Assembly (NCBI GenBank): GCA_009103225.1
Contig: RHPI01002990.1
Span: 767,819 to 831,818, forward strand
Source of the DNA: Chlorokybus atmophyticus
Taxonomy: Eukaryota; Plantae; Mesostigma and Chlorokybus algae
DNA: 64,000 nt
Reading direction: 5' to 3'
Both the position numbers and the translations under genes were made by a program. This document shows positions 24,474-37,576 of this stretch, piece after piece; the first letter of the stretch is position 1; the number at the start of each line of letters is the position of its first letter. Under the pieces are notes generated by a model that made no database searches, was not told the origin of the DNA, and was given only the letters and a program-made list of their open reading frames with translations.

Positions 24474-27077
24474 ATGTCGGAGAAGAAGCCGCCAGCCGTG
24501 TGGACGGCCGCCAAGCCGTTCCTCAACGGTGGCATGGCCGGCATGGCGGCAACCTGCTGCGTGCAGCCTATTGATATGGTCAAGGTGAGCTGCGCTACGC
24601 ATGATCACATTGCTTTCTAGCATGCTTAAGCGCACGTAAACGCGCCATGCTCTGCAGTGGTCAGCAGTCTGGACGCTGTTCTGGCAAGCAGCACTGCCTT
24701 GCTCTTAGCTCTAACAGCCTTGCGCTTGCAATGTGCATGCAATCCCACTCCAAGCATGCCAATGTGCAGTCGCAGGCTGGCTAAGCTGGCATGCATACGC
24801 GCCTACTGTGCCGCAGCTTACGTACTGTTAGTTCGTGTTGCAACCTTACATACAGCTTGCGTTGGGCCTGATGACATCAGTAAGCATTGCTGCCTCAATG
24901 GCGAGGTTCGCATGGCACACTTCAGGCGTCACATTGCCAATTCGTTGGGTGGTTGCACCAATGCTGCGACATAATTGCGTGAGATACACTGTCACATTGG
25001 TTGCTGCTTGACGCTTGATTCTTGTTGTTGTGTGTGGCATTGCAGGTGAGGATTCAGATCGATGGAGGTTCACCAATCAACGTTGCGAGGACCATCATTA
25101 AGCAGGACGGGTTTGGGTCACTTTATAGGGTGAGCACCAACATAAAAAAAATGGTCACCTTGAGTGTGTCACTCCAATGTGCTGGTTAATGTGTATGAAC
25201 TGCTCTGGAATGATTGCATTTGCACGCATGACATTGCGTGATTGTCACGTGCAGGGGCTTTCAGCAGGTTTGTTGAGGCAAGCTACATACACAACTGCTC
25301 GCCTTGGCTCGTTCAGGTATGCATTGGCATTTAGGCTCTTTCGGCATGGGTTGAATGTTGTGCGTTGGTTTCAAGTACAGCATTGAGTTTGCATCAGTTA
25401 CTCACTTACTTTCAAAGTGTTGCTGGGTGCGCTGACGTGATGGCGACCGACTTAGTTCTGCAATAGTGTCATCGTACCTGTCTGTGCATGCATGCTCATG
25501 TACCTCGCTTAATCATTTCAATGATTAAGCGAGGTCAATCAATCAATCAATAGTATCATTTCTTGATTCGTTACACTGCTGCGTGAGCGTTGCCTTATGG
25601 AGTGCACCTTGAGTTGTTAGTTTCACTCTGTCACAGTGACTGCCAGTCCACATTGTCCAGGGAGTGGAGTGGCATTGCAGTATACCAGAGTGCAGTGTCA
25701 GATCACTTGGTGCTCGCAGAGTTGCATCAAGCTGCATGCATATGAGGGGCAAAAGCGTTTGAGTTGGTACACACGCAGCTGACACACGCGTGCAACGGGG
25801 TGCAGGTTGATGTCCAATGAAGCAGTGAAGCGCAACGATGGCAAGAACTTGTCGCTAGGCATGAAGGCCGGTATTGGGCTTACCGCTGGTGCCATCGGCG
25901 CCGCTTTTGGCAACCCGGCAGATCTCTCTCTCATCCGCATGCAGGTACACAATGAGTTTGCTTTGCATCACCCAGGGTTGTAACTCTTCCCTGCGGTTGC
26001 TGACATGGTTGTGATGATCCATTGTGACAACAGTCATAATCTAAGTTGATGTTGTTGGCATTGATCACCATTGCTGTTGCCGTCCTGGTTGTCGATTTCT
26101 AGCACCACTAGCACTGTCAATGTTTCTGTTACTATCGCCCGCAATCATTGTCATAATTAAGTAGTACCATGCATTCATAATGGTATCACAGAAACAAGTC
26201 TGTTGTTCGCAGGCCGACAGCAGCATGCCCATGGACCAGAGGCGTAACTACAAGAACGCGTTTGACGCTCTGTTGCGCATCTCGCGTGAGGAGGGCGTGC
26301 TCGCTCTGTGGAAGGGCGCGGGCCCCACCGTTGTGCGCGCGATGGCCCTAAACATGGGCATGCTCGCGTCTTTCGACCAGTCGAAAGAGATGCTTGCTTC
26401 CGCTGGCTTCACCGGCACATCACTCGTGCTGCGTAAGTCGCAAGATCGTATTACATCACAATGTTCTTTGTAGGTGTTGTTGCTGCTGTGAAGTGACTGA
26501 AAGTTGTCTCTCATGTTGTGCTGCAGTTGCTAGCGGCATATCGGGATTCTTTGCCTCTGCCTGCTCATTGCCTTTCGATTACATTAAGACCCAGATTCAG
26601 AAGCAGAAGCCTCTTCCCGATGGCACGCTGCCTTTCAGGAGCTCAATGGACTGCGCCAAGCAGGTGCTGTCGCTGTACCGACTGTGTCTGTGTGCGTGCA
26701 CATGGTGTCGGAGCATGATGTTTTTTGCATGTGTGCATGTCACTTTAGAAGCATACTTGCCGAGGACGAGTAGAAGCAATGACGGCAGTCGTTGTCAACA
26801 ACTTTTTCTCAGAATCTGAACAGATTCATTGATGACAGGTTCTGCTGAAGCACGGCCCACTCAAGTTCTACACCGGATTCCCAACATACGTTGTGCGCAT
26901 TGCACCACACGTGATGGTGAGTCGCAACTGCGCGGACATGCAAACCAACCTTCTGTGCAACAGGGTTGCAGATCCCATCTTTGTATGAAGCTGACTAACA
27001 ACCTTGCGTGCGTGTTGCAGTTGACGTGGGTGTTTGTGTCACAACTGGAGACCTTCCAGAAGAACATGAAGATTTAG
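24474..27077 (+). CDS. DTC: Mitochondrial dicarboxylate/tricarboxylate carrier
   Basis: Exons 24474-24584, 25046-25129, 25255-25316, 25806-25944, 26213-26432, 26527-26663, 26839-26916 and 27021-27077 join in phase. Three PxDxxK/R carrier signatures are present (QPIDMVKVR, NPADLSLIRMQAD, LPFDYIKTQIQK), plus GLSAGLLRQATYTTARLG, RAMALNMGMLAS and KFYTGFPTYVVRIAPHVM. Confidence 0.96.
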
Positions 27078-27963
27078 AGACAGTACTGCTGCTCAATTGT
27101 CCACAGCAAGGGTTGACTGGACAGATGTCACACGAATAGGCGTTGTCACTTAGGAGGTCGCTCATTTGTATTCTTTACGGGACTAGAAGGGCTTTGTGGC
27201 TGTCTTGCGGGGCTACAGATGCCCTTGATCATACTAAGCTTAGCGCAGTCTTACGTCGATTTGGCCCTTATGAGGGGCTGCAATAATGCTAATTGTTACC
27301 TGCTTTGGGGTCGATCCATGTGATGTGTTGCACATATAGCTACCAACATTTGTTGTTGAGGGTTGTCACCAAACCTGACACTGGGCCGGATGTGGTTAAC
27401 ATCTGTGACAGCCACACCTAGGATGCTGCATGTTGTCAATAATAACAAGACCCAACGCCACACTATCTTGAAGTTGTGCAGTTTAACTGGATCAGAGCGT
27501 TGTTATGTGCAGTGTCCGATATTCACAATGCACTACTCTCTGCCTTTGCAGCAGTGGGTGGCTGCCTGCGGGTCTGCACGCCCAGTTCAACAAACGCCGT
27601 GGTTGTGTGTAGAAGCTTTGCACCTGTCCATCAAGACAACCGCTGGACATTTGTGGTGCATGGCATACTAGTTCACAAAGCCGGGGGTAAATGGTTATCA
27701 CTGGCAATCTGTTAGTCGGAAAGAAATCACTTTGGCCAGTATACAGTGCACAATTTGGATTGTGTATGAGCGCAGCAACGCAAGATTGCAATTGACAACC
27801 ACTACACACCAAAACGTAATGGCTTGCATCAACTAGTTGCTTGTGCAACAGACTACCGCCTGCACTAGTCTGCGACAGGCCTCGAACCAGCAACTCAGCG
27901 CAGATCTTCAGAAGTGAGCTTTTGTTCTAACCACAACCGACATGAGACCACCAACACCAGGCG

Positions 27964-29502
27964 TCAACCTAGCCACACTTCAGTTTGATGGTCACCACCG
28001 GCGCCAAGCGAGCTGCGTATAGATATCTTCTCCCCTCTCCACCTGCAGTAAAGTCGTTTCAAACAGCATTCAATCATGTAAGCTGCTACTCAACAGTAAC
28101 AGTTGTGACTTGACTCTTAAAATAGAACAACTCTCCAGTCGTCTTGCAATTTTCTCATGGCAACTTGCAGCACTTATGAACTTGAACTGAACACCAACAA
28201 GTGCATCATCCCACCTGTTGCTATCGCGCTCAAATGCCGTCTTATCCTTGTCGACCCCGCCGCCGACCTTGCGCTTGACCTGCTTCTCCCTCGACTGAAC
28301 CCACAATCTCTCTACCTCCTCACGCTGCCGCGCATCAAACTTCAACACATTGTCGTGGGCGGCCTTGATGATGAGGTCTATCGCCGCCTTCGCCCTGAGA
28401 CACACATTGTTACTGTTGGAAAGGTAACAGTGCATGTGCTAGAAAGTAACATAAAGTACCGTGTGCAGGCTCTTACCAGGCTAACTTGTATTGGCTGAAT
28501 GCAGTGCGTATGCAGTGGAGGACATTTTCGCGCCTGTCGTGTGCGAGAAGAAGCCTGCCTCGCCTCGCTTCGTCCTCGCGCTCCCGCTCTTCCCTTTTCC
28601 GCTTTGCGCGCTCTTCTTTCTCCTTCTTCTTATCCTTCAAGGTGAAGGGATAAAACAAACGCAGGCAATGAATAATGCCTGAGTACTTGATGCTGTTACA
28701 ACCACAACAACATGCAGCGAAAGCCCCACATACCTGAATAAGAGGGAGAAAAGCATCCAGTCCAAAAGGGTCACTCGTAGTAGCTTCAGACTTTCCAACA
28801 ACAGTTGCTTCATCAGTACCATCCTCAGTCTTGATCCTAACCTCCTCCGTCTTGACTGTAGACGTGGTTGGTTGTAAGATGTCATGTTCTCTGCTCGACT
28901 CTGTTGGTTTTGTTGTTGTGGTTGCAAACTCTTCATCCTCGGCAGTCAAGTCCGGTAAAGATGCAATCAGCTCGCGTATGCGCGAGCCCGCAGCCGCAAA
29001 CTGGAAGCTGTCATCGGTGTAAAGCTCGTTCGCCAACACCGCACATATCTGAAACACTTCCAACTGCGCTCGCTGTGGCTTTGTGAACACCTGCAAAGAA
29101 ACCACAAACACCATTAGATTTGTGCATGGGTTGTGTACAGGAACAAAAGGGTTAAGCTCACGTGCGTGTATTCGCCAGCCGCAGCAAAGAGTTTTGCATA
29201 CTCTACTCGCAACGCTGGCGCGGAACAGTTGGACTTGTCTGCCATGGCTGAGGTCAAGATCTCAAAGAACAAAGCGCCTGTCTCCTGCAAAGAGGATAAG
29301 AAATATGAGTAAAACTGACAATGAACATGACAGTAATGATGCGTGCATGTACCTTTGCGATGGAGTCTGATTCCAGCAGGCGTCGGGCCAGCGCCGCAGC
29401 CTTGTTGAACTTCTTCGCGCTGCCGATGTGAGCTCTGATCTTCTCGATTGCCTGTGGCACGCTGCTGGACTCCGGCGCTGTGGGTGGTTGTGATGATGGT
29501 TG

Positions 29503-29533
<31 letters not shown>

Positions 29534-30248
29534 TGTTGTTGCAGTTCGTCTTCTTGCTTGATTGGCTGCTCTTCGGTCTTCACCGCTTGATCGCCATCAG
29601 CAGCAGCCCTACATGCAGGGAACAATGTAACAGACGTTGAGAAAGCTTGTGGTTGAGGCAATGGGGCTACCAGAGACTTGTGCACAGTTGCGTGCGTGCC
29701 AATGGCATGCAGCGCAACGGCAGCCGAGCACGCCGGGTGGAAGCCAGATGAAAACTGTATTCCTTCTTCCAGATGATTCACGTGCAGGAAGTAGCCATGT
29801 CATGTACTTGTTCAGAGCTAGTTCTACAGGAGTGTTTCCAGATCATAGCCAACCAGATCACGGATGGCGCACACCTGATGCTAAGCACATAGACTCAGCG
29901 ACAGTCCTGTGACTTGCGTTTTCTCTGAACTCAGCGTCATATCTATCAGCACGAGGCTCGTCGAATAAATCACAAACAACCACAATGGGTCCTGACAGAG
30001 CTGCAAAGTAATCAACCAGAAGGAGTTGACACTTGCGCCGTGGTGTCAAACCCATGCAAGTTTCAGGTGTTATGGTTTTTCATTTCAACAACACACCTCT
30101 CATCACTTGCTGCTCCGCTAATTACACGTATGCAATAATCACCACAACAAAATACGACAACCTGTTCATAATCTCACAGACAGGCATAGGCGCCATACCT
30201 TGGACGTTTGCCAGCTGGCGGCAATCCCGCAAACAGCTGCTCGGCCAT
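27964..30248 (-). CDS. Conserved plant protein of unknown function (resembles Arabidopsis AT3G04560, from recall)
   Basis: Exons 30248-30199, 29608-29353, 29284-29162, 29090-28734, 28634-28477, 28394-28215 and 28042-27964 join in phase. Motifs: MAEQLFAGLPP, IGSAKKFNKAA, ANELYTDDSFQF, SDPFGLDAF, WAKAAIDLIIK and EKISIRSSLGAGGDHQTEVWLG*. Contains a poly-Gln tract. Confidence 0.9.
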
Positions 30249-30426
30249 AGCTCAAAGCTGAGCTGTCCTCTCCTCTCCTCTCCTCTCCTCTCACTTGTGC
30301 TCTTTACGCACCTTGTCCTACCACTCCTGCAACTCGGCCTCCCCCTTATCCGCCGCGTTACCTTGCCTTCTCCGCCTGCGCCGCGACCACCTTCAGCGAC
30401 ACCACAACCGTCGCCGCCGCCACACG

Positions 30427-30624
<198 letters not shown>

Positions 30625-30634
30625 NATCATCAGC

Positions 30635-32102
30635 ATGGACGGCCGCAAGGCGGAGGTGGAGCGCATGTACCTGGAGCTACGCGCTGCTCACTTCTCACAG
30701 GTACATCGCTGCAGCAGTAGTAGTAGTAGTAAACAAGCAAGCTTGCTGCTCGTTAGCTGCTGCTTACTTCCCTGCGTGCTTGCTTGCTTGCTTATTTGCT
30801 TGTGGCAAGCATGGCAGTGCCGTCAAAACGACTACATCCTAATATTACTATTGAAAACTACACCCCACAACAGCCTGTAGGCAACCGTGTGCTGATATAT
30901 TTGTTCGCATAAGCATATTTGCAACAGTGCCCCTCTGCTGTCTGAGCTTATAGCCCTGCTGCTTACTTGCTAACGTGCATGCTTGCTTGCTTGGTTGATG
31001 GGTTGGTTGCCTGTGTGCCGGCTGCACTGCAGGTGCCTGAGGTGGAGGTGCAGGAATTGAAGCAGCTGCTGTTCCAACCACAACCCAGCGGCAAAAGGTC
31101 TGCCGTTGTTGCTGCTGCTGCTGCCGCCGTTGTCTCTGCTGCTGTTGCTATTGCTGTTATCCTCGTTACTGTTTGTCATTCGACTGGACTGAACAACAAA
31201 CAGTGTGGCAGTGGTGGACGTCCGACTGCCTGAAGAACGCCAAGTGAGTGAGTGAGGCTTGTCGTGACATGTCTGTGCTCCTTATTATAGCTTCTCATGC
31301 AGCATCATACATCAGGTGTCGGTTATTCCCGGTGCGCTGCACAAAGAAGAGTTTGAGGCGAAGAAGGACTCTTACAAGGAGGGCATCATCGTCTTATACT
31401 GGTAACTATGAAATGAAGTGTATATGTCTCCATTACAAATGTAGGCGTGCAGTATGGCATTACTTCACCAGATGCATGTGTGATGCACAGCACCGTCATG
31501 TGCGTGTGTACCCGCACTGCGTCTGCAAGTACACATGCATTACATCCCACAACCAACGCATCAATCACGAGCACAACAATGCGCATGCACGCTGTTTCTC
31601 AGTACGATTGGCCTTCGGAGCGGGAAGTACGCTGCGGCATTGCGTGCACAGGGCTTCGATGCGCGCAACTTGAAGGGAAGCATTCTCTCTTGGGTGAGCT
31701 CAGCAGTACTCTGTTGTACAGAACTCGTACAACAGTCTACTGCTTTCATAAGGCTCCGTTGCTTACAACTTGCATTATGCTTCTGCATAACAGACGCATG
31801 AAGGCGGGGAGTTGGAGGAGCCCGGCACGCATGCGCCTACCAAGCGCGTGCACACTTACGGCGAGAAGTGGGCACTGGCAGCTGAAGGCTACGAACCCGT
31901 GAGTGCAGCACCCATGACTTGCTCTGTGTGCATAAACACACATATTGCACTTGATAATATGCGCCTCAGGGTACTGTGTATCTCATTTGCTGTGTGGCAG
32001 GTGTACTTCAGTAGCACTCCGGTGTTGAAGTCAATCGCGTATTATTTTACCGATATTGTGGCTTCATGGCTACCATGGAGACGAAGCAAAGCGCCGCCTT
32101 GA
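30635..32102 (+). CDS. Single-domain rhodanese/sulfurtransferase-like protein
   Basis: Exons 30635-30700, 31033-31097, 31204-31243, 31316-31401, 31603-31693, 31794-31898 and 32001-32102 join in phase. Motifs: VVDVRLPEERQVSVIPGA, IVLYCTIGLRSGKYA (active-site Cys loop), RNLKGSILSWTHEGG and TKRVHTYGEKW. Confidence 0.93.
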
Positions 32103-32591
32103 GGTTCAATCAGCATGTCTGAGAGCTACATGCACCTGTTGCTTCTACGTATGCACACATTGAGTGTTCAGGGTTCCAATCTGTAACTTCTTGTCAGTAC
32201 CTGTAGACAGACAAAACCGATTCATCGATTGTCCAACCTGTATCGACTGCAACAAAGGTAATCGCAGTTGCATGCGCGGTGTCACTACAACAATTGCACT
32301 GTTCCTACTCGCAGCAACTCAGCATGACAAATAATCAAGCCCAATCACACCTCCGTCCTCTTGACAACACAAACCCCACTACCAACGCCAAAAACACTAC
32401 CCTATATGAATGTACACCAACTAACCATTAGTCTCAACTATAGCAGAGTACTCTACAACCGAACCTACAAGCTAAGCTCACGCAGTGACCCTCAAAACAT
32501 TGTACACTGCACGCACATTGCCCTCCACCTACATTGCCGTTTCGCATTGTTTGTACATACATAACCTCAACAACACAACCTCCTCCCCCCC

Positions 32592-33012
32592 NNNNNNNNN
32601 NNNNNNNNNNNNNNNNNNNNNNNNNNNNNNNNNNNNNNNNNNNNNNNNNNNNNNNNNNNNNNNNNNNNNNNNNNNNNNNNNNNNNNNNNNNNNNNNNNNN
32701 NNNNNNNNNNNNNNNNNNNNNNNNNNNNNNNNNNNNNNNNNNNNNNNNNNNNNNNNNNNNNNNNNNNNNNNNNNNNNNNNNNNNNNNNNNNNNNNNNNNN
32801 NNNNNNNNNNNNNNNNNNNNNNNNNNNNNNNNNNNNNNNNNNNNNNNNNNNNNNNNNNNNNNNNNNNNNNNNNNNNNNNNNNNNNNNNNNNNNNNNNNNN
32901 NNNNNNNNNNNNNNNNNNNNNNNNNNNNNNNNNNNNNNNNNNNNNNNNNNNNNNNNNNNNNNNNNNNNNNNNNNNNNNNNNNNNNNNNNNNNNNNNNNNN
33001 NNNNNNNNNNNN
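32592..33012. other. Assembly gap (run of N)
   Basis: About 421 N bases. Confidence 0.99.
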
Positions 33013-33013
33013 C

Positions 33014-34036
33014 TCACTTCCTACATCTCATCTTCCCGGCCCCTCCCCCTCCCACCCTCACCTTCCTAACATACGCGACAAACCTGGCCACCCCTTCGTG
33101 CTTCATCAACTTGTCCACCGAGTCGTACTCCGTCCCCAACACCTCGTGGTCGGGCACGGCGCGGTGCACGGCGGAGTGGCAGGGGCGACAGAGCCACGCG
33201 CCGTCGAAACGCTGGGAGGGAGTGATGAGACCGCGCTTGAGGAGTTTGGCGGAGACGGAGCGGGGGTGCAGGTGGTGGAAGGTGAGGGGCATGGCACGGG
33301 AACAGAGCTCGCAACCGCTGGAGGTGTCGGCGTCATCCTCGTTGTGTTCTTCAACCTGAGACAACAGAAAAATGATTGGTGGCTTCGTGCTCTGTGTGTG
33401 AATACGCGTACCAATGTGCGCGTACACGCGTGCGCGTGCGCTGCAGTGTACGCACACACACGCACAAGCGCGCAAGCACACGCACACGCACACGCATCCC
33501 ACATGGTACGTTGGGAAATGCGGGCTGGACTGTGCGTGCGCCCGCGTGTGCACTGCAACACATCCACACGCATACGCGCACACACACAGACGTACGCACG
33601 CATCTCCACACAGCACCAATCCATCAAATGCCCTACTTACACTCACCGCCGGTGTCTCATACTCTTCCAAGTGTTGCAACCCATCCCACACCGCTTCACA
33701 CGCGAGTTCTGCTTCCAACTCACTCCCAACTAGTCCCAAATCAAACAGGTGTCCCGTCAGCAGCGAGCCAAGCACGGCCGGGCTCTGCGCCGCCTGCTTC
33801 GCGGACGCAACGATCTCAGATGTGAGAAAAGGTCCAACCGACTCGTCAACAGATGATAGAGTTGGGATTGCTGATGTGAGGAGGTTGAGGAGGGTTTGGG
33901 AGCTGGAGGAGGTAATGAGGGTTGGGTCGAGTGGTTGGGGGGAGGAGGAGGAGAAGGTGGTGCTTGTGGTGCTTGTGGGGGTGGTGAGGGTGGTGAGCAC
34001 TGGGGAAGTGCTTCCGCTGCGGCGGCCTCTGGGCAT
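33014..34036 (-). CDS. YisB-like HNH-fold zinc-binding protein with a helical N-terminal domain
   Basis: Exons 34036-33647 and 33355-33014, separated by a GTGAGT...CAG intron. The C-terminus reads CELCSRAMPLTFHHLHPR...WLCRPCHSAVHRAVPDHEVLGTEYDSVDKLMKHEGVARFVAYVRK, the CxxC-HH-CxxCHxxxH pattern of YisB/HNH proteins. Confidence 0.85.
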   Translation of the reverse strand: MPRGRRSGSTSPVLTTLTTPTSTTSTTFSSSSPQPLDPTLITSSSSQTLLNLLTSAIPTLSSVDESVGPFLTSEIVASAKQAAQSPAVLGSLLTGHLFDLGLVGSELEAELACEAVWDGLQHLEEYETPAVSVSRAFDGLVLCGDACVRLCVCAYACGCVAVHTRAHAQSSPHFPTYHVGCVCVCVCLRACACVCVHCSARARVYAHIGTRIHTQSTKPPIIFLLSQVEEHNEDDADTSSGCELCSRAMPLTFHHLHPRSVSAKLLKRGLITPSQRFDGAWLCRPCHSAVHRAVPDHEVLGTEYDSVDKLMKHEGVARFVAYVRKVRVGGGGAGKMRCRK

Positions 34037-35537
34037 GAAGAGGTGAATGAAGTGGTGTGAAGCTTGCAGATGGGTGTGTATGTGTTTGTGGATGGGTGGG
34101 TGCGTAGCTATCGTCGGGATGTAGTTCCTGCGAGGACAATCGGCACAGACAACAAGTCAGCGAGCGCAAACAGGCGCACGCCCACGCACATGAGCCTGTG
34201 CCTAAACACAACAGCGGCTGCAGGTTGCAACGGGTTATTGTGACCTGACTTCATCCCCGAGTACACGCAGCTGAGAGCGATGGCACGCTTGCATGTGCAA
34301 CAGTCAGCTAGAGTACGATGAACTGAAGCAGCAGACATCTGTGTTGAGAGGTTGATACGTGGTGCGAGATCGCACACGTGTGCATGCAAGTCCTGGAACA
34401 AACCAATCTCAACCAAGGACCTCTGTCACAAGCATGTGCTGCCTGATAGCCAACAGACAAACACAAAATATCACCTAAGCACACTTGCTGTGCAGCAACA
34501 GCAGACGCTGCTGCGAAGCGTTTGCTTCACTACTGCCGGTCACGACCTTCCGGTGTGTGGCCAACAGCCCTGAAGCCCAGTTTTCTACTTTGTCAAGGTG
34601 AGCAAGTGAATGAATGAATGCATGAGTGAGTGAGCGCACTCGTGACCTAATTGCTGAGTGATTGATTGAGTGATTGTGCTTTCAAACGCCGGTGCAGAGA
34701 CCCAAAACAAGCCTCAAGTCGCATGCAGCTTCGCTCACCACTTGCCCAACACGGCGGCGGCCAGCAGCGTCTTAAACCAAATACTGGTCCTCCTACTACC
34801 GCCTCTGCCTCCGCCTCCGCCTCCGCCTCCCCCTTCCCCGCGCCCAGCACCGCCGCCGCCGCCACTACCGCCGTGGCCTGCTCTACTGTGCGCGATGCAC
34901 AGCGAGCACTACGCCAAAGCGAGCGCTAGAATCTGCCACCAGAATAGTGTTCTCCCCCGGGAAGAAAACCAAAGCAGCACCAAAAACACATACAAGGAAA
35001 CCGTGCACAGGCGCTTGGCTTTGGCACATCTTGCTTGTTTCAGTGCAGTCCGCCTGGGGGCTTTGTGCCTCGCATTCGATTGCTGAACGTGTGCGGAGAC
35101 AACACCTGCACAGAGCACGCACGCACCACCGAAAGGGGTTGAGTGCTTGATGCTGCAGGGACCCTTACTTGTACAACCAGAAAAGTTCAAACATATTCAC
35201 AGCTGCGAACGCTCTCTTTAACATGGCATGTTAAAACGATATTGATTGAAATATGACGTGCACCCGCATCTGACATGCAATATGCAAGCTTTGATGCACA
35301 CCGAAACGAGCATTCAGCCTGAATAATTCAGGTATGGCTGTTCAGTTGTGCAACCTATGCGTGCAAACAGTAAAATACACAGCTTCAGGAGTATGTGCGG
35401 TGACCTTTTTGATAAAAGCAACGCCTTTGAGATTGCGCATTGTATACAAGTCAAGCAAGCTGACATTGCTCACATGACAAACAATTGCATTTACAAGTAT
35501 ATACACTATACAACACAACGCATATCCTTCATGCTGA

Positions 35538-37406
35538 TCATCTGCGCGGGAACTGCGGCGAAACCAGCTGCGAACACCCACACGCGAGATATTAGAGCGT
35601 CCATACACATCGAGGCCATTAAGGCCAATGCGCAACAACAACAAGTAGCATGCAACATCCAAACACACACCTCCAACGTAGCAAACACAAGCCGCATGCG
35701 CTCGGATATGATGGGAGCGGGCTCGGCGGCACCAGAAACAGCCAACTGCTCCATTTGCAGTCGTTTCACTGAAAACCTACAATGAGGCAACATAAGATGT
35801 CAGACTGCAAACACCAACAGCATATTGTAAGCAAACCTGCCACCTTTGCAATCATACCATGCCATGCCTTTTATGTAATAGGCATTGACGATCATCGCAA
35901 CAAAGCCTTTCCAACTCAGACAGGACGCCTCTGAAACCGGCGGAGCAACGGACCAACGCTGCACCTATGAAGATGTACAAGCCCACAACGAATTGTTGTG
36001 ACCAAGTGACCCCATACGAATACATACATACACATGAATAGATAAATGCACATGCACAGGACATCACATACCGTTGCCTTGGGTATCAGCATCAACGTGA
36101 GCCACACGATGACGAGTCCAACCAGCCAGTCTCTCGCTAATGCGCTTGAAGCATCTTGCGAACCATGACTAGACACAGCCTGCATAAAACCGCCATTGCA
36201 GCAAGCCAGCATGGCAAGTACATGTCATACACAAGCAGAATGTTTTTTTCGTTCCCCACATACTTCAGGTGCTGAGGTCAAGGACTGTCTCAGGCTGTCT
36301 TCGCTGCAGCCGCACTCATATGCCAGCACACTCGCGCGCACAAAGTCCTGATGAGCATGATGGTCAGTTCTTGAACTCGAGCTCACGCTGCGTGGTGGTA
36401 GTTGTCCCAGCATTTGGTGGAGTGCATCAACTGCTCATGATGGTGGCACAATGCGTGATGATTGCGCACCTTGATGGCGCTGTCGTAGCTCGTGTTGGCT
36501 AGGCTCGGGTTTTGAACTACGTCATAACTGTGCCTAACAACCTGCTTGCAAGAAAGGTGGTCACATGCATGCAGCTGCCTTGGTGTCCGTTGGTGTCTGA
36601 CGAGGCATGTCTGTACTTGGGAACAAACTATGTTAACAGATCTGTTTACATAGTCATGCCACAATCAGTAATGTGCTGACACTCGTAGACTATAACAAGT
36701 TGCTGGCTTCCAAATGAAGTGTGTGTCAACTGCTGCAGCAAATGACACGCGGGGATCAGTGACCAGCAGTGTCAATGTCTAAGCCCCTAGCGTCAGAGTC
36801 ACTCAGACTCCAACATACACATGTGAACGCATGCTATCTACTGCACTATGTATGGTGTAGTGCTCGTGTAGCCGTCTCTCATGCTTACAAATTGTAACAT
36901 AAGTTCGAGACAAGCACCAAGTGCTGCGAGTGTGTACTGCAATAAACATGCAAGTTTGCTTGTTGATGGCAACAAGTAAGTAGCATGCAAACCCCTGTTC
37001 TGACCTGCGCAATGTCGCGGCTGGATTGGCGCTGCTCCGGCGGCTGGACGTTGCAGCATGCTGGCACTCTCCCTGCACGCCCACCCCGCAACCCCTGCAT
37101 TGCACACAGTAAAAGCATGAGGCAAGCACAGCATGTTTTCCATTTCCAATTTGCACAGACCACAAACTCAATCCGACTACACACCTGAACACCAGGCAAG
37201 CATGCAGCCCGAAGCCTGCGAACCAGCAGAGGCGGCGGCAGCGCCCGCACGAGCAGCATAGCTGACTAGAAAACTAACTACTTACGTACTCTCACAGTCA
37301 ACAAGCAAGCCTAGCACTAACGCATGTACTGAGAGCGCAAACCATCAACCCGCCGCCTGCTCGTCGTCAATGCCGCCATCACCGCCGCCCTGGTCACTGT
37401 GGCCAT
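35538..37406 (-). CDS. Hypothetical protein with plastid-transit-like N-terminus
   Basis: C-terminal exons 36541-36470, 36347-36264, 36179-36072, 35964-35858, 35776-35671 and 35567-35538 join in phase. They read SYDSAIKDFVRASVLAYECGCSE...WLVGLVIVWLTL...WKGFVAMIVNAYYIKGMAWFSVKRLQMEQLAVSG...ERMRLVFATLELVSPQFPRR*. The start MATVTRAAVMAALTTSRRR at 37406 and the 5' exons are less certain. Confidence 0.8.
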
Positions 37407-37529
37407 CGCTGCCGTGGCCAAAGCCAAATCTGCCGCTAGCCCGATATCAAACCCAATCGCCAATATCAGCTCAACACCGATATCGAGCTGCGTATCTAAC
37501 TTCATTGAATGCGTAACTTACCGCCATTG

Positions 37530-37576
37530 TCGACGTGGCCAAACGTTGGTCGGCAGCTGACGTGAGGCTGACGTGT
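37530..37576. promoter_or_regulatory. Cluster of ACGT-core (G-box/ABRE-like) motifs in a divergent promoter
   Basis: GACGTGG and two TGACGTG motifs within about 45 bp, between two divergently transcribed plastid-type genes. Function is inferred only. Confidence 0.3.

Noticed and set aside
32485-33733. Long ORFs containing runs of X
   Set aside because: They are open only because they cross the N gap.
34647-35190. Gly/Ala-rich ORFs upstream of the YisB-like gene
   Set aside because: Low-complexity GCC/GGA repeats typical of UTRs here; I could not assemble a coherent spliced CDS.
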